Under the pieces are notes generated by a model. The model searched no databases. It was not told the origin of the DNA and saw only the letters and a list, made by a program, of their open reading frames with translations. Shown one piece after another: positions 29,183-40,437 of a stretch of 64,000 nucleotides of DNA. The stretch covers positions 172,444 through 236,443 of IMG/VR virus record IMGVR_UViG_3300042258_000071. One strand, given 5' to 3'. How positions within the stretch are numbered: the first letter of the stretch is position 1; each line of letters starts with the position of its first letter. Both the position numbers and the translations under genes were made by a program. This stretch comes from a virus (taxonomy: Duplodnaviria > Caudoviricetes).

Positions 29183-30868
29183 ATGTCATCCGTAGAAATG
29201 AAACACGACTACAGTCAAGACCTGCACCTGTCCAGTCAAAATGTAGAGATAATGCTACAAGCCCTTTATGCATGTAGCCAGTCAATACATACCTCAATTT
29301 TCTCACAGAATTATCAATCTGGCATGGATGGGGTGTGTAACCTAAAGATTGCCGGAGATCCATTGGAGGTAGGGGTTTATGATATTTCAGGTGAACTTGT
29401 TCTTAGTGCAGATACGCCAAAGTTTAACTTGAAAGAATCCTATCTTAAGGATCTTAAAACCCTTGTGTCTAAACATTTAGAGTCTGCGAATAACTCAGAT
29501 GATTTTAATAGCAAATTTTATACTGTTAAATCCATCATTTACAATCCTGATCAACGTGAGCTAACAATACGATTTGAAGATATAACAGCGTATGATGATC
29601 TTGAAGAACTCAGACCTCCCCACCTAAGCTCATCTGGAACTAAAAAAGATCACGATCTTTCTATAAGTCCTATAAAGGCATTTACAGAAGAATCTACAGT
29701 AGAAGTAGATGACACATCTGTCCCTAAAGAGTCGTCTCCAAAAGACCTCCTCATTGAGACAGTTAAACATGTAGCATTTAACATTCTAGATCTGTCACCT
29801 GTAAGTTCTGAACTGGGCCACCTCATCTCTCCTTATGTTGAAATTAAAGATAGGTGTGATGGATCTTATATTGAACTCTTTAATGTCCATGTTAATCACG
29901 AGAGGGTTATCATGGAGGATCCGGCTCTGGTGTTAAACCGGACACCTAAATTTCTAAAAGCCATTGAGGAAAATTTCTCTTACGAAGAAAATTTTGTATC
30001 AGGTGTGCGGTACTCTCACGAATCTAAGTCTCTTAAGATCTCCTTGAAAAACTTCACAAGACACTTTAACGACTTGAAAAAGGTTGCTGGGTGTGAAGAC
30101 ACCTTTACTCTTCCAGTGGCAGTAGACGCCGCAGTGAGTTATTCAGACTTGGTTTCGAATGTAGTGTATGCTTTCATCAACAGAGGTATTGTTCACGTAG
30201 AATCAGGAGATCTTCCTTGTAAATACGTTAGACAACAAGGTGTTTCAACTGTCACACTTACGTGTCCTAAAGTCTCTATTCTAAGGGACTTTAAACCTGT
30301 AACCGAAGATGCAGAATTTCTTAGAGGACTATTGGCCGTTATTAATGTTGATATATTCTATCAACGCGCTCTGTTTTATGAATTTAAGACCTTAATGACA
30401 GCGTGGCATATAACCCTCACTTCAAATGAAGGTCTTACGATTCATTTTGTACCGAGACCCAACGTATCAAATAGCTCTTCTGACATTAGTCATAGTGATG
30501 TACGGAGTAAAGATATTCTTTCAGAGTTTGCAATTTCATGTTACCAGACACTTGTGAGAAGAAGGATTGATAGAAAGACTGTTAAAAATCTTAAAAATGC
30601 CTCAACATACACGCATAATCCGTTTGGTACCATTTCACTAAGCATCCCCATCTATCATCACTTACTACGGTCCCCATCCTGCAGTACTGAACTTCTAACT
30701 GCTATAAAGAAGTATAAGGATAACATGAATAATAATAAGTATACTCGATCAGAACTTAAAGCGGTATTAGGTGATAATTGTTTCGTATCGAATATCAGCA
30801 TAGAAACTTACCCTAAAACAGATTATGCTTGTCTTATTCTACAGGTTAAAACCCCTCCTCGTATCTAG
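29183..30868 (+). CDS. hypothetical protein with about four degenerate internal repeats
   Basis: Repeated end motifs such as VKSIIYNPDQRELTIRF, VSGVRYSHESKSLKISL and HITLTSNEGLTIHF. Confidence 0.75.
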   Translation: MSSVEMKHDYSQDLHLSSQNVEIMLQALYACSQSIHTSIFSQNYQSGMDGVCNLKIAGDPLEVGVYDISGELVLSADTPKFNLKESYLKDLKTLVSKHLESANNSDDFNSKFYTVKSIIYNPDQRELTIRFEDITAYDDLEELRPPHLSSSGTKKDHDLSISPIKAFTEESTVEVDDTSVPKESSPKDLLIETVKHVAFNILDLSPVSSELGHLISPYVEIKDRCDGSYIELFNVHVNHERVIMEDPALVLNRTPKFLKAIEENFSYEENFVSGVRYSHESKSLKISLKNFTRHFNDLKKVAGCEDTFTLPVAVDAAVSYSDLVSNVVYAFINRGIVHVESGDLPCKYVRQQGVSTVTLTCPKVSILRDFKPVTEDAEFLRGLLAVINVDIFYQRALFYEFKTLMTAWHITLTSNEGLTIHFVPRPNVSNSSSDISHSDVRSKDILSEFAISCYQTLVRRRIDRKTVKNLKNASTYTHNPFGTISLSIPIYHHLLRSPSCSTELLTAIKKYKDNMNNNKYTRSELKAVLGDNCFVSNISIETYPKTDYACLILQVKTPPRI

Positions 30869-31051
30869 GTGTTTTGAAGGTTTCTCTGTCTAGATATTTT
30901 TATAAATATAAAAAGATATATCTAGTATGTCGTAATCATCAAATCTAACAAGATAAAATCTCATATAAGAAGGATAGGGTATTACCCTATCCTTCTTATA
31001 TACCGTTTAGAAATAAAGAAAGATTAAACATAAGGAAGGAAGGACTTCTAA

Positions 31052-31855
31052 ATGTCACATGAAGAAACATATCGTAAAATAAACACAATGGCACGTACTC
31101 TTAGAGAGAGACTTGATACTTTATTTCGTACTAGTTTACCTGAAAATAAAAATTCTTTAGATACACATCTGAGTGAACATCTAACCTCTCTTATAGTAGA
31201 TGCACTTGAAAACTTAGATAAGACGTTAACACTTAATGAATATTATCTGAATAATTATAAAATTTATGAGGGTCTTAAATTCATTCGAAATGAGTCTCCT
31301 AGTGGACAAGTTCTTTTTCTTAAGATACCTAATGCTGAGATCAGTGGTCTTAATGTTGAGACACTTGTACCGTTTGATAGGGACTCTACAGAGATGGCTT
31401 ATCTTAGACATGCAGTGTGTTCTGTCTTTAAGAAATTGGAGACAGTGGACTCTTCACAATTAATGATCGATGATGTTGACAATACGATCACATATCAGGA
31501 ACATTATACCCCTTCTAATGAGGAGGATGGTGATGATGTAAGTGTAGTTCCTATTGAGCTGAATAAGAATAGTAGTTTTAAAGAAATTATGTTTGAAGGG
31601 AACGCCCTTCTTCCATCGGGTGGTGTGACATTTGGGTCTATTATTCAGTCACAATCGGATGTCTCTGTTCTTCTTAAATTTCCTTATGTTTCATCATCAA
31701 AAATCGAATCTGATACCTATGATATCTCTAAGATTATTCGCCTTGATAATGTCAAACTTAAATATACGAGGGTAGTTTTGAACTCGTTCTTCGAAGTTGG
31801 ATTTACCTATCAAAGTTCTCAGGTAGAGATCGTTGCTAAAGAGAAAATAGCTTAA
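31052..31855 (+). CDS. hypothetical protein
   Basis: AAGGA RBS; 267 aa. Confidence 0.75.
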   Translation: MSHEETYRKINTMARTLRERLDTLFRTSLPENKNSLDTHLSEHLTSLIVDALENLDKTLTLNEYYLNNYKIYEGLKFIRNESPSGQVLFLKIPNAEISGLNVETLVPFDRDSTEMAYLRHAVCSVFKKLETVDSSQLMIDDVDNTITYQEHYTPSNEEDGDDVSVVPIELNKNSSFKEIMFEGNALLPSGGVTFGSIIQSQSDVSVLLKFPYVSSSKIESDTYDISKIIRLDNVKLKYTRVVLNSFFEVGFTYQSSQVEIVAKEKIA

Positions 31856-32009
31856 GGTCTTTTTAAGGTTAAGTTAGATCTTGAAGATAAGTCTTCACCT
31901 TCTAATTTTACAGTAAAATAGTCCCATATACCTTAAGATTTTGATGTCTCATATCTTTTAAAATGGGATAGTAAGGTAGGTATACGGACCTTCCTATATT
32001 AGACGGTGT

Positions 32010-32041
32010 ATAAGAGAGAGGGATTACTCCCTCTCTCTTAT
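32010..32041. terminator. bidirectional terminator-like hairpin
   Basis: ATAAGAGAGAGGGA-TTAC-TCCCTCTCTCTTAT adjacent to the RuvC stop. Confidence 0.7.
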
Positions 32042-32680
32042 CTACATCTGAATATCTTTAACATCTTCAAGAAGAATCTTCTTTCTTTTCTTTTTTATCT
32101 TTTTAGCTGTAGGATCTATACCTTGTAAAATAAGAGGGATAAACTTTTTACAAAAGGCATAGTTAATGGCGATGGCATCTGCTTCATGTTCAGATGCTTC
32201 TTTATACTTAACTTTATCTTTAATAAGGATGTCGTTATGAGTGTTAACGGCATTATAGATATCGTCTTTTGTTGCTGTCCCTTCAAAGACAACTGCTTTA
32301 ACTTCTTTAGGGGGCATCTCATAGGGGTTAATATTTAAGCTCTTATGAGCGGCTTGTCTTATGCGATCGATAACAAGTTTTAAGGAAATAAAAGCTGCAA
32401 TAAAGAGATGTGCAAAGGCTCCTTCTGATACAACATAATCTGGTTTAACCCTCATCATAATCTCTTTTGAATGATCATGGATGGCACATAGGATCGTGTA
32501 TTGTTTTGCAAAGATAGGGAGCATATATTTTTTACGTTCTTTAGCAATCCTATCACCTAATATAAGATCGAATTCTAAGATTTTACATTTCCCAGTTCTA
32601 AGATTATACTCAGAGAGAGCATATCCCATTTTGTAGAGTCCTGGGTCAAATGATAATACGCGTATAATGTCTTTAGTCAT
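32042..32680 (-). CDS. ruvC: RuvC-like Holliday junction resolvase
   Basis: VLSFDPG, SEGAF, PKEVK, ATKDDI and EHEADAIAI catalytic pattern. Confidence 0.85.
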   Translation of the reverse strand: MTKDIIRVLSFDPGLYKMGYALSEYNLRTGKCKILEFDLILGDRIAKERKKYMLPIFAKQYTILCAIHDHSKEIMMRVKPDYVVSEGAFAHLFIAAFISLKLVIDRIRQAAHKSLNINPYEMPPKEVKAVVFEGTATKDDIYNAVNTHNDILIKDKVKYKEASEHEADAIAINYAFCKKFIPLILQGIDPTAKKIKKKRKKILLEDVKDIQM

Positions 32681-32782
32681 TTAAATGTCCTTAATATATA
32701 CTTAACATATCATCTACAGGTTAAATAGAAAAGAGAGGTGGGTTAAACCCACCTCTCTTGGATAGGACGCGTATCTATATTC

Positions 32783-34576
32783 TTAAGTGTGTGCAGGTGT
32801 AGTATGCTCCATCTGGATAGAAACAAGTTCTTGTTCAAGCATGAGTATGTCTCCTTTAAGATGTTCACTAAATGCCTGATCCATCTCTTGATAATTGGGG
32901 AGGTTAAAATATTTATGACACATAGGGATGGCGTTCTCTTCAACAGCAAGATATTGACTGAGGTAACTGCGTACATCCTCTCGGGAGAACCCCTCGATCT
33001 CTAGGATCATAGCTCTCTTGGTCTCTCGAGAGACATTGCACATCATATCGTTATTGGGATATAGAGCACTAAAATCGATATCGTTAACATGTGGGTGAAC
33101 ATGGGTTTCTCGGAAGAGAGCTTCTCTTAGAACATTAGCTCCAGCTCTATAAGCCCGCTCTGCTGGAAGAACGGCACCCCCCTTCTTTGCAATATCATGT
33201 CCATCATCTCCCCAGGCTGCTGTTGCGGCTGGAACATGCATAGGGGACATGTTAATACAATAGAAATGGATCTCATCAGCACTTCGCCTGGTTTGTTTAT
33301 TGAAGTTCTGACAAGGGGTATATTTAAGAAGGGTGTTCATAGAGGCGATGTCATGATTGATCCATCCAAGAACCTGCATCCCGATAACGTCAAAGATGCC
33401 GTATAGAATATATTCATAAGGATGCTCAGATTGCATGAAACGATGCCAGTCAGCTGTTGACATCTCATTAGCAGATGGGATTTCTTCTTTAAACTTAAGC
33501 TTCCCATCTGAGACTTTATTTTTCCGTAAAATATAATCTAAACTATAATTATTTTCATACCCACTCACGATCCTAAGAATAGAATACAGACACATCGCAT
33601 CGATCCATTGTGTATAACTAGGCCCATACAACCAATGCCATCGTCGTGATGAAATGTCTCCATGTTTACCTTTATCTACTTTAAATAAAAATTTACGATA
33701 CTCTTTTGGAACTTCTTCTGGGGAAAATATTTCCGAAGGATCAACACCTGCTTGTTCACATGTTCTTAAAATCACGGGAATATCAAATTCAATATTCCAA
33801 ATGGTCATGTAATCTGTCTTATTTTTATGAAGGTTACCAAGTGTATACCGAAGGATATCAATAGGGGTGTCTGCAATGTGGATGTGATATTTAAACTGTC
33901 TATCCCCAATAGCTTTTTGAGCCTCTTTTGAGGGGAAGATCTTTTTTTGATCTTTAAGAATACGATCGATATACCCTTCAATATTCTTAATGATTTCATC
34001 ATCTGTACTTGTCGTATCTTTTTTAAAGAAACTTCTTAAAACACTTGTGTATACTAACTCTTCATGCGTAATAGTCGCCATGATGAGTTTGCCGAAATCA
34101 TCTTTAAACATAGATGTTTCAGTATCAAACCCCCCAGATGTCACACCTCTCTTTGTGAGTCCTGTTTCATTAAATTTCTTATCCATTTGATACTTAATGA
34201 GAGACTCAACACTGATATCTGTTCCATATAAGTAAGGGGATTTTGAGAGTTGTCTTAAAGATATAAATTGATTAGGGTGAAATCCATTTAAAGCTTTAAA
34301 AGCTTCTGTTGTTAATTGGTCATTATACGTAACATATTCATCTAAATTCTGAATGGTCTCCCATTCTTTCTTTTCATTATAGACAGACTGCATCCCCTTT
34401 TTAGTCACCCAGAACTTTCGTTTAGGACGATAAATTTTCTTTAAAGCAGGACGTACAGAACCATCTTCTAAATACTGATTTACCTTTACAAAAACGGCAT
34501 CGTGTTTATCTGGACCAATATACTGAACATGACTACTGTGTACAAACTGTTCCCCTAGGATCTTCATCACTATCAT
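32783..34576 (-). CDS. split family-B DNA polymerase, N-terminal subunit (3'-5' exonuclease plus motif A)
   Basis: ExoI FDTET, ExoII WNIEFD, ExoIII Y.LYGIFD, motif A DIDFSALYP; motifs B and C are absent, as in the phiKZ gp82-type split polymerase. Confidence 0.85.
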   Translation of the reverse strand: MIVMKILGEQFVHSSHVQYIGPDKHDAVFVKVNQYLEDGSVRPALKKIYRPKRKFWVTKKGMQSVYNEKKEWETIQNLDEYVTYNDQLTTEAFKALNGFHPNQFISLRQLSKSPYLYGTDISVESLIKYQMDKKFNETGLTKRGVTSGGFDTETSMFKDDFGKLIMATITHEELVYTSVLRSFFKKDTTSTDDEIIKNIEGYIDRILKDQKKIFPSKEAQKAIGDRQFKYHIHIADTPIDILRYTLGNLHKNKTDYMTIWNIEFDIPVILRTCEQAGVDPSEIFSPEEVPKEYRKFLFKVDKGKHGDISSRRWHWLYGPSYTQWIDAMCLYSILRIVSGYENNYSLDYILRKNKVSDGKLKFKEEIPSANEMSTADWHRFMQSEHPYEYILYGIFDVIGMQVLGWINHDIASMNTLLKYTPCQNFNKQTRRSADEIHFYCINMSPMHVPAATAAWGDDGHDIAKKGGAVLPAERAYRAGANVLREALFRETHVHPHVNDIDFSALYPNNDMMCNVSRETKRAMILEIEGFSREDVRSYLSQYLAVEENAIPMCHKYFNLPNYQEMDQAFSEHLKGDILMLEQELVSIQMEHTTPAHT

Positions 34577-34644
34577 CCTTTTTTACATATTAACTTCCGT
34601 TGTATATCATCCCTCCTGCTTATATGAAGATAAACAAAATAGAA

Positions 34645-34676
34645 ATAGAGAGAGGGCCCTAGGGCCCTCTCTCTAT
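34645..34676. terminator. perfect 32-bp palindrome downstream of the major capsid gene
   Basis: ATAGAGAGAGGGCCCTAGGGCCCTCTCTCTAT. Confidence 0.75.
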
Positions 34677-34704
34677 CATCTTCTTCGGTAAAGAAAAGAG
34701 TTTT

Positions 34705-36939
34705 TTAGGTAAAGTCAATGCCTGAAAAGACATCATTCAACCCAGTGATCGTGCATTCAAAACCAATTGGGTTGGTAACGAATGGAATCTCACGAGTGTT
34801 ATGGATAAACCGCTTGTTAGCGGCATTGCCATTGGTAAGAGTGTAGCTCCCCATGAAGTTCCCACAATCACGGATAGCCGCAAATGAAGTTACTTCATCT
34901 TCAGAGCCTTCATCACGAACATACATACCGATAACGGTATTGTCCATGTTCTTAAATGACGTCCCATAGACATCCACTCGGGTGTCATTTTGGAGGTTAA
35001 AGGAGTAATCCGAACCTGCCATTTTCCGACCACCTTCAGGAAGATCGGACAGCACGTTGTGATAGGCATCGATACCAAACAAGATGTCCACCAACGGACG
35101 TGCTGCAATGACTTTAATAACCGGAGTTTCGCCCGGTTTGAACACCGTCATATACTGCGAGTTGGTCTTAATCAAAGAGTCCATTGCTAAGAAACGGAAT
35201 CGCATCAGAGCATGGAGATCAGAAGGACGTTCAGATTCACGCATAATCGCGATACCAGAGGCCGAGATGTCGATCGTAGTTTTCACGACATACGGTTTAA
35301 CAACCGTACCGGCGGCATATTGACGACCAACGGTTTGGAAATAGTTCGTCTGAGCCGCATTCTCTTTTTCAAACGTATTGCGAGCATTAACGGTGTCAAG
35401 GTGACCCCGAATCACCGAAAGCCCCCGAGTAGAGTTACCGATGTCAGCAACCGTCCCCATCGACTCAAGAACTTCTTCAGTCGTAACCTGTTGCAAAGAG
35501 AAATCTGCAATCATGGTGCGACCAACAGGAATTTCATAAGCCTGCGGGCGAACATTATGACGGATGGCCAGATCTGCTTTGCGAACGTTCTCTTCTGACC
35601 AGGTTGCATCGATAGACCAGCCGATGGCTTCAACTGTCAGGTCATCCATAATGTCCTGAGTTGCTGTTGCAGGATCAGCATCCGCATCACCGATAACGAT
35701 TGCTTCACCCTTTGCAGTGGGATTGCCGCTAACATACGAAGTTTTAAGTTCAACGTCACCAGAGAACGACACTGAGAGGCGGATGGCATCCGAGGTGTCG
35801 ACATCTGCCAGAATCACAGATGCAGACCCGTTAGATTGCAAAGTTGTGGAGGTCAAGTTGAACATGACATCACGCAACATCGCTACGCGAACAGAAGAGT
35901 CCTGTTGGTTATCATGTTCGGTGAATCGACCACCGGCATAGTGAAGCGTCGGAATTGAGAAAGTCTCGACAGTGTTTGGAGTACCAGCAAGAGTCAATTG
36001 GACCAACACACTTTTAACTTCAGCACCTTCCGATACGAGATCGGTATAATCAGCCGTGTCAAAGCCAGATCGATTCGAGTCAAAATGCAAATCAAGCATG
36101 TTGGCCCGGACACCTGGCATCAAGACGTCATCTGCAACCAAATAGGTTTCAGTGCCAGTGTCATTGCTTTTCTTCAAGGTAACCGGTTTTGCAGTCGTGT
36201 CAACGATCTCCGGATTACGATAGAGATCGATCAAGGTCCGACGATGATCCATGCTGTATCGCGTCTTGGCATCAGCCGACTGGGATTTACCCAGATTGTA
36301 GACTTCAACTTCCGGAATACGGATCTTGATGATGGGGTCTTTGTGCGAGATGCGCGAGAAAACGCGATCCATCAGAGACTTCCATGACCGAACAATCGTC
36401 AATGCGATGTTCAATCGTGCATCTGTTACAACGTGGTCAATGTTCACACCAAATGCTTCGAAAGCAGTTGCCGTATTGACATCATTCATGACCTGGCTGT
36501 AAGCACCGCGCGAAGTAACTTCATGCATGGCGGCAACAGATTTGTCCCCACGTGAAGTCATCTGGAAGTGACGCGATGCATCCACACCACCATTCAAGAT
36601 GGCTGCGATCGAACGGGTCAGCGATTTTTGAGTGTTCTTTGGCAGCGCTGCCATATTAACACCCGCATCCGCCATCAGCTTAGCGACTGATGCCTGGAAG
36701 TCGCCACCGGCAGACGCCCCTTCAGTGAAGAAGGTCTTTACCGAGTCGCTGTTGATCTCAACTTTTTTGTTAAGATCATTAAACCCTTCTGTTGCACCTG
36801 AAAAGAGTGCACTATCTTCCATAGAGAAGGTTTTTACTGCGCTAAAAATGCGCTCACAAGAAACGACCTCACGGTCGTTCGGATTTGTAATCACCTGCTG
36901 TTGCAGCTGATCCCATACACTATCAAATGGGCTCGTCAT
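34705..36939 (-). CDS. major capsid protein (phiKZ gp120-like)
   Basis: 744 aa; highly biased codon usage; AFE/AF cleavage motif at about residue 161; gp119-like gene and divergent DnaB upstream, as in phiKZ. Confidence 0.85.
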   Translation of the reverse strand: MTSPFDSVWDQLQQQVITNPNDREVVSCERIFSAVKTFSMEDSALFSGATEGFNDLNKKVEINSDSVKTFFTEGASAGGDFQASVAKLMADAGVNMAALPKNTQKSLTRSIAAILNGGVDASRHFQMTSRGDKSVAAMHEVTSRGAYSQVMNDVNTATAFEAFGVNIDHVVTDARLNIALTIVRSWKSLMDRVFSRISHKDPIIKIRIPEVEVYNLGKSQSADAKTRYSMDHRRTLIDLYRNPEIVDTTAKPVTLKKSNDTGTETYLVADDVLMPGVRANMLDLHFDSNRSGFDTADYTDLVSEGAEVKSVLVQLTLAGTPNTVETFSIPTLHYAGGRFTEHDNQQDSSVRVAMLRDVMFNLTSTTLQSNGSASVILADVDTSDAIRLSVSFSGDVELKTSYVSGNPTAKGEAIVIGDADADPATATQDIMDDLTVEAIGWSIDATWSEENVRKADLAIRHNVRPQAYEIPVGRTMIADFSLQQVTTEEVLESMGTVADIGNSTRGLSVIRGHLDTVNARNTFEKENAAQTNYFQTVGRQYAAGTVVKPYVVKTTIDISASGIAIMRESERPSDLHALMRFRFLAMDSLIKTNSQYMTVFKPGETPVIKVIAARPLVDILFGIDAYHNVLSDLPEGGRKMAGSDYSFNLQNDTRVDVYGTSFKNMDNTVIGMYVRDEGSEDEVTSFAAIRDCGNFMGSYTLTNGNAANKRFIHNTREIPFVTNPIGFECTITGLNDVFSGIDFT

Positions 36940-38577
36940 TTATTTGTCCTCTTTTACCGAAAAAGTTTTAAACTGATCTTCGATACCCAATACTTTTAGC
37001 ACCCTTTGGGTATCCTCAATGGGTGTTAACCACATCCATCGAGCACACCAATCTTTAAGAAGAGACAGACCCTCAGGTGTAATGTCGATAAGGTCCTGTC
37101 TGGCTTCAAAAAGTTGGCAAGCCTTCCAAACAGCTTCACAATAAAGAGTGGATGCTTTCTCTTCATTATCTTGAAGATCAATAAAGGCAAACGCCTTCCC
37201 AACCGGGGTCGTCGCTATACTATTATTTTGATCCTCCCCGTCACCGGGATTTTCGTCTTGTGCAGGGTCGTCTTCAAAGTCGTTATCAGATGGATCACTA
37301 GGAGCCTCATCGTCCTCATCTTCTGGGATTTCATCGTCTTCAGATGAGGTGTCGTCATCACCTTCTTCTTCTGTATCTTCTTCAAGTACTGCAGTTGGAT
37401 CACCGCGTAGTTCTTTAATCTGATCTTCGATGGCTTCACAGCCAAATGTCACCTGATTAATTTGAGAACGCGCATAATCCGATACCGACCATGTTGGAAC
37501 CATAGTAGGTTTTCCAAGTTTAGAATGTACACCTAAATAGTGATCTATGATAAATCTAAGAGCAGGGGACAGCTGATCTTGAATAGTACTAAGCGTATTC
37601 CTAAATTCAATGTTATCAATATTTTGAAATACAGAATTAAAGAACTTAGAAGCGTCTTTATGATCATAGATGGTGGGGTTACAATGTTGATCTGTTAAAA
37701 TAAGATTGGCAAACATCGGATAGGCGTTTTCACGATCATGTGACCCGGTGGTATCGGACACATATTCATATGCCGTCATGCTAGCAAGAATGTTTGCAAG
37801 AGGAGCCCCATGGGTACCGTAACCTAAGTTGATGGCTGGGGCATGTAAGGCGAGAATATCTTTAATACGTCTGAAACCCTCAAACACCTCAAGTGTACTG
37901 AGATTATCAGTTTTCCAAGATCGGGTAAGGAGGTATAAATATTTCCAAATAGAAGGAATGTCTGAATTAAGGGTTATTTCAGAACAATCAATCTCTGTAA
38001 TTTTAAAATCAAAGGTATGATTGTTAAAGATTACAGTGTGATACTTTGAGATAGCAGCAGATTCTTCTGGTGTAACCACCCACTTCTTAGTACTATTTCC
38101 AAATACTGCTAAGGTCAGATATACCAGTGCTTTAGGGAAAAACTTATAAAGACCAATACGGGAGGCAATCTGTTCAACAAGTCGAGTATCGAGTGTGTAA
38201 GTATTAGAAGAGTTTTCCTGATGAGAACGTTTCCGTGTAATATACTCTTGTGCAAACTTTGCAACATATCCGTCTTTAGATGTGAGCAGTCGTTTGGCAA
38301 CTTCAATAATGTTTGAATGTAACGTATTATAATCTAGGTACATTAATTTCTTATTGTGAGAATAAAAGATAAGATTGTAATGATAGAATATAAAAGATGC
38401 CATATTCCGAATATCGTCTGTGACAAGGCCATCTTCTAAAAAGGTATCAACGGTAATTTTTTTACTTCTTGCATAAAGAATATCTTCCCACCCCACTTGG
38501 GATGGGAGAAAGCTTTCTACACTTCCAGACATGTGTAATTTAAGATTTTCAGAAAGGTGCCTATGCATATAGAGCAT
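36940..38577 (-). CDS. virion head protein (phiKZ gp119-like)
   Basis: Directly upstream of the capsid gene; acidic low-complexity linker; S/G-X-E cleavage motifs; C-terminal W...W.W pattern. Confidence 0.65.
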   Translation of the reverse strand: MLYMHRHLSENLKLHMSGSVESFLPSQVGWEDILYARSKKITVDTFLEDGLVTDDIRNMASFIFYHYNLIFYSHNKKLMYLDYNTLHSNIIEVAKRLLTSKDGYVAKFAQEYITRKRSHQENSSNTYTLDTRLVEQIASRIGLYKFFPKALVYLTLAVFGNSTKKWVVTPEESAAISKYHTVIFNNHTFDFKITEIDCSEITLNSDIPSIWKYLYLLTRSWKTDNLSTLEVFEGFRRIKDILALHAPAINLGYGTHGAPLANILASMTAYEYVSDTTGSHDRENAYPMFANLILTDQHCNPTIYDHKDASKFFNSVFQNIDNIEFRNTLSTIQDQLSPALRFIIDHYLGVHSKLGKPTMVPTWSVSDYARSQINQVTFGCEAIEDQIKELRGDPTAVLEEDTEEEGDDDTSSEDDEIPEDEDDEAPSDPSDNDFEDDPAQDENPGDGEDQNNSIATTPVGKAFAFIDLQDNEEKASTLYCEAVWKACQLFEARQDLIDITPEGLSLLKDWCARWMWLTPIEDTQRVLKVLGIEDQFKTFSVKEDK

Positions 38578-38720
38578 ATGTGTTAACCCTTTACATAAGG
38601 TTTAAGGTACTTAAGAATACCCGGAAAACTGCATACTATGTTTTAAGTATGTCTGAGACGTCTGATGAGGTCTTTATGATTATGAGTTACTTGAAAACCA
38701 TCAAAATAGGGTCATAAAAA

Positions 38721-40328
38721 ATGTTTCTAACCCCAGACCTATTATTAGATTGTATAACAGTCTTATTTCACGATAATAGTGAGACGAATAAGAATATTGT
38801 TAAAGAAATTGTAACGATCTATGAAGGATCTATTGCTGCTGGAACAGGAAGTTCTGAACAGGATGCGGTTGTTGAATTATATGTTTGGATTATTAACCTT
38901 CTCTTAGACGATGGCCTTGATCGCACTGATGAAAATGATGTAAACAGATTTCTTATTAAAATCAAATCAAATCCTATCATGGAGAAACGACGAGAAATCT
39001 ATGATCTCCTTTCAAACTTGTTTACATCTAGAGAAACCCTATCTGAAGTTAAACTTGCTAAATGTTTTAATGCTATCCAAACTCGTCTTTTACATATTCG
39101 TATGAATAAGGTTAGTCGCATGTTTTTTGGTGGCGTTAATCGTGTTCAGGATATGGCGAATGTTGAAGATCAAAGTCGAGACCTTAAGAAATTAATTATA
39201 ACCATTAAAGAAGCCTTAGATGAAACCGAGAAATCATTATCCTCTTCAAGTGATGATGGTGCCATCGAGACCGTTTCATTTAACAATAAACAGAGTATGA
39301 AAAATGCTCTTAAGAAAAATAACGATCGAACAATTAGAGGGGTTATCAAGACAGGACTCCAAGGTCTTAATATGGCCTTTGGTAAAGCTGGAGGGCTGAT
39401 CTTAGGTGAAAGCGTTATTTTTAACGCACCCTCTTATCATGGTAAGTCTCTTATTCTCCAACTGGTCGCGATGTGGGCTGCTGTGTATAATACACCAGCA
39501 CCTTGTGATGGAAAGATGCCTCTCATCATACTCTTTTCATTAGAAAATGAAGCTTTTCAGAATTTCATCTTTATATCAAGTGTCATGTATTATCAGGCAA
39601 CTGGTAAAGAGATCGGAAATTTGGCTAAAGAAGAGGTTCAAGATGATCTTATTGATTGGGTGTATGATGAGTTTGAGAAGAATGGTTTTAAACTCGAAAT
39701 CATTCGTCAACTTCCTGACACCTTTGGATATGAAGAAATTGTTCAAATTATTAATTATAAAGAAAAGTCTGGATTCGTCATTCATTTATGCGTTATTGAC
39801 TATATTAATAAAATGCGTAAAGGGGCAAATGGTGATAAAAATGCATCTTCTGTTGGGAACCATCTTCTCATTAAAGAACTTTATAGTAAATTGTGTAACT
39901 ATTTTAAAACAAAAGGCATCACACTCGTCTCCGCACATCAGTTGAATCGAGATGCACTTAAGATAGGAAACATTGGTGGTAAACGTGAGGTTGTAAAATA
40001 TCTTAATGCAGATCATCTTGCAGAGAGTGTTGATGTCCAGCGTGAACCAGATGTACTGTTTTTCATGTATAAAGAATATAACTATGATGGTATTCCATTT
40101 CTAACAATGCGAATTGATAAACACCGTTATGTCAATGATACTCCAGATACCCATAAACATTTTGCATATCCTTTTACGAAACATGGTATCTTAGCTGATA
40201 TTAATGGTACACCTATGTTTACTCGTGATATTTACAATTATAAACCTAAAGATATGAGTCTCTTTCATGACAATATTGCCACTAATAAGCAAGCTCTTGA
40301 TCAAGCTTCTGCATCTGACATCTTCTAG
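38721..40328 (+). CDS. dnaB: DnaB-like replicative helicase
   Basis: TGLQGLN, APSYHGKS Walker A, FSLEN, CVIDY Walker B, SAHQLNR, KHR. Confidence 0.9.
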   Translation: MFLTPDLLLDCITVLFHDNSETNKNIVKEIVTIYEGSIAAGTGSSEQDAVVELYVWIINLLLDDGLDRTDENDVNRFLIKIKSNPIMEKRREIYDLLSNLFTSRETLSEVKLAKCFNAIQTRLLHIRMNKVSRMFFGGVNRVQDMANVEDQSRDLKKLIITIKEALDETEKSLSSSSDDGAIETVSFNNKQSMKNALKKNNDRTIRGVIKTGLQGLNMAFGKAGGLILGESVIFNAPSYHGKSLILQLVAMWAAVYNTPAPCDGKMPLIILFSLENEAFQNFIFISSVMYYQATGKEIGNLAKEEVQDDLIDWVYDEFEKNGFKLEIIRQLPDTFGYEEIVQIINYKEKSGFVIHLCVIDYINKMRKGANGDKNASSVGNHLLIKELYSKLCNYFKTKGITLVSAHQLNRDALKIGNIGGKREVVKYLNADHLAESVDVQREPDVLFFMYKEYNYDGIPFLTMRIDKHRYVNDTPDTHKHFAYPFTKHGILADINGTPMFTRDIYNYKPKDMSLFHDNIATNKQALDQASASDIF

Positions 40329-40437
40329 AGTTACCCCTAGAACAGAGAAGAGATCCCCAATTAAGGGGATCTCTTCTCTTATGCCCATTTCCAGATAGTA
40401 TGATCATGACTTTTACATCATACAGGGATATTTTACC

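Noticed and set aside
38655-38720. Hammerhead-like CTGATGA...GAAA (also near 2066 and 5612)
   Set aside because: Stems I, II and III cannot be formed with correct pairing.
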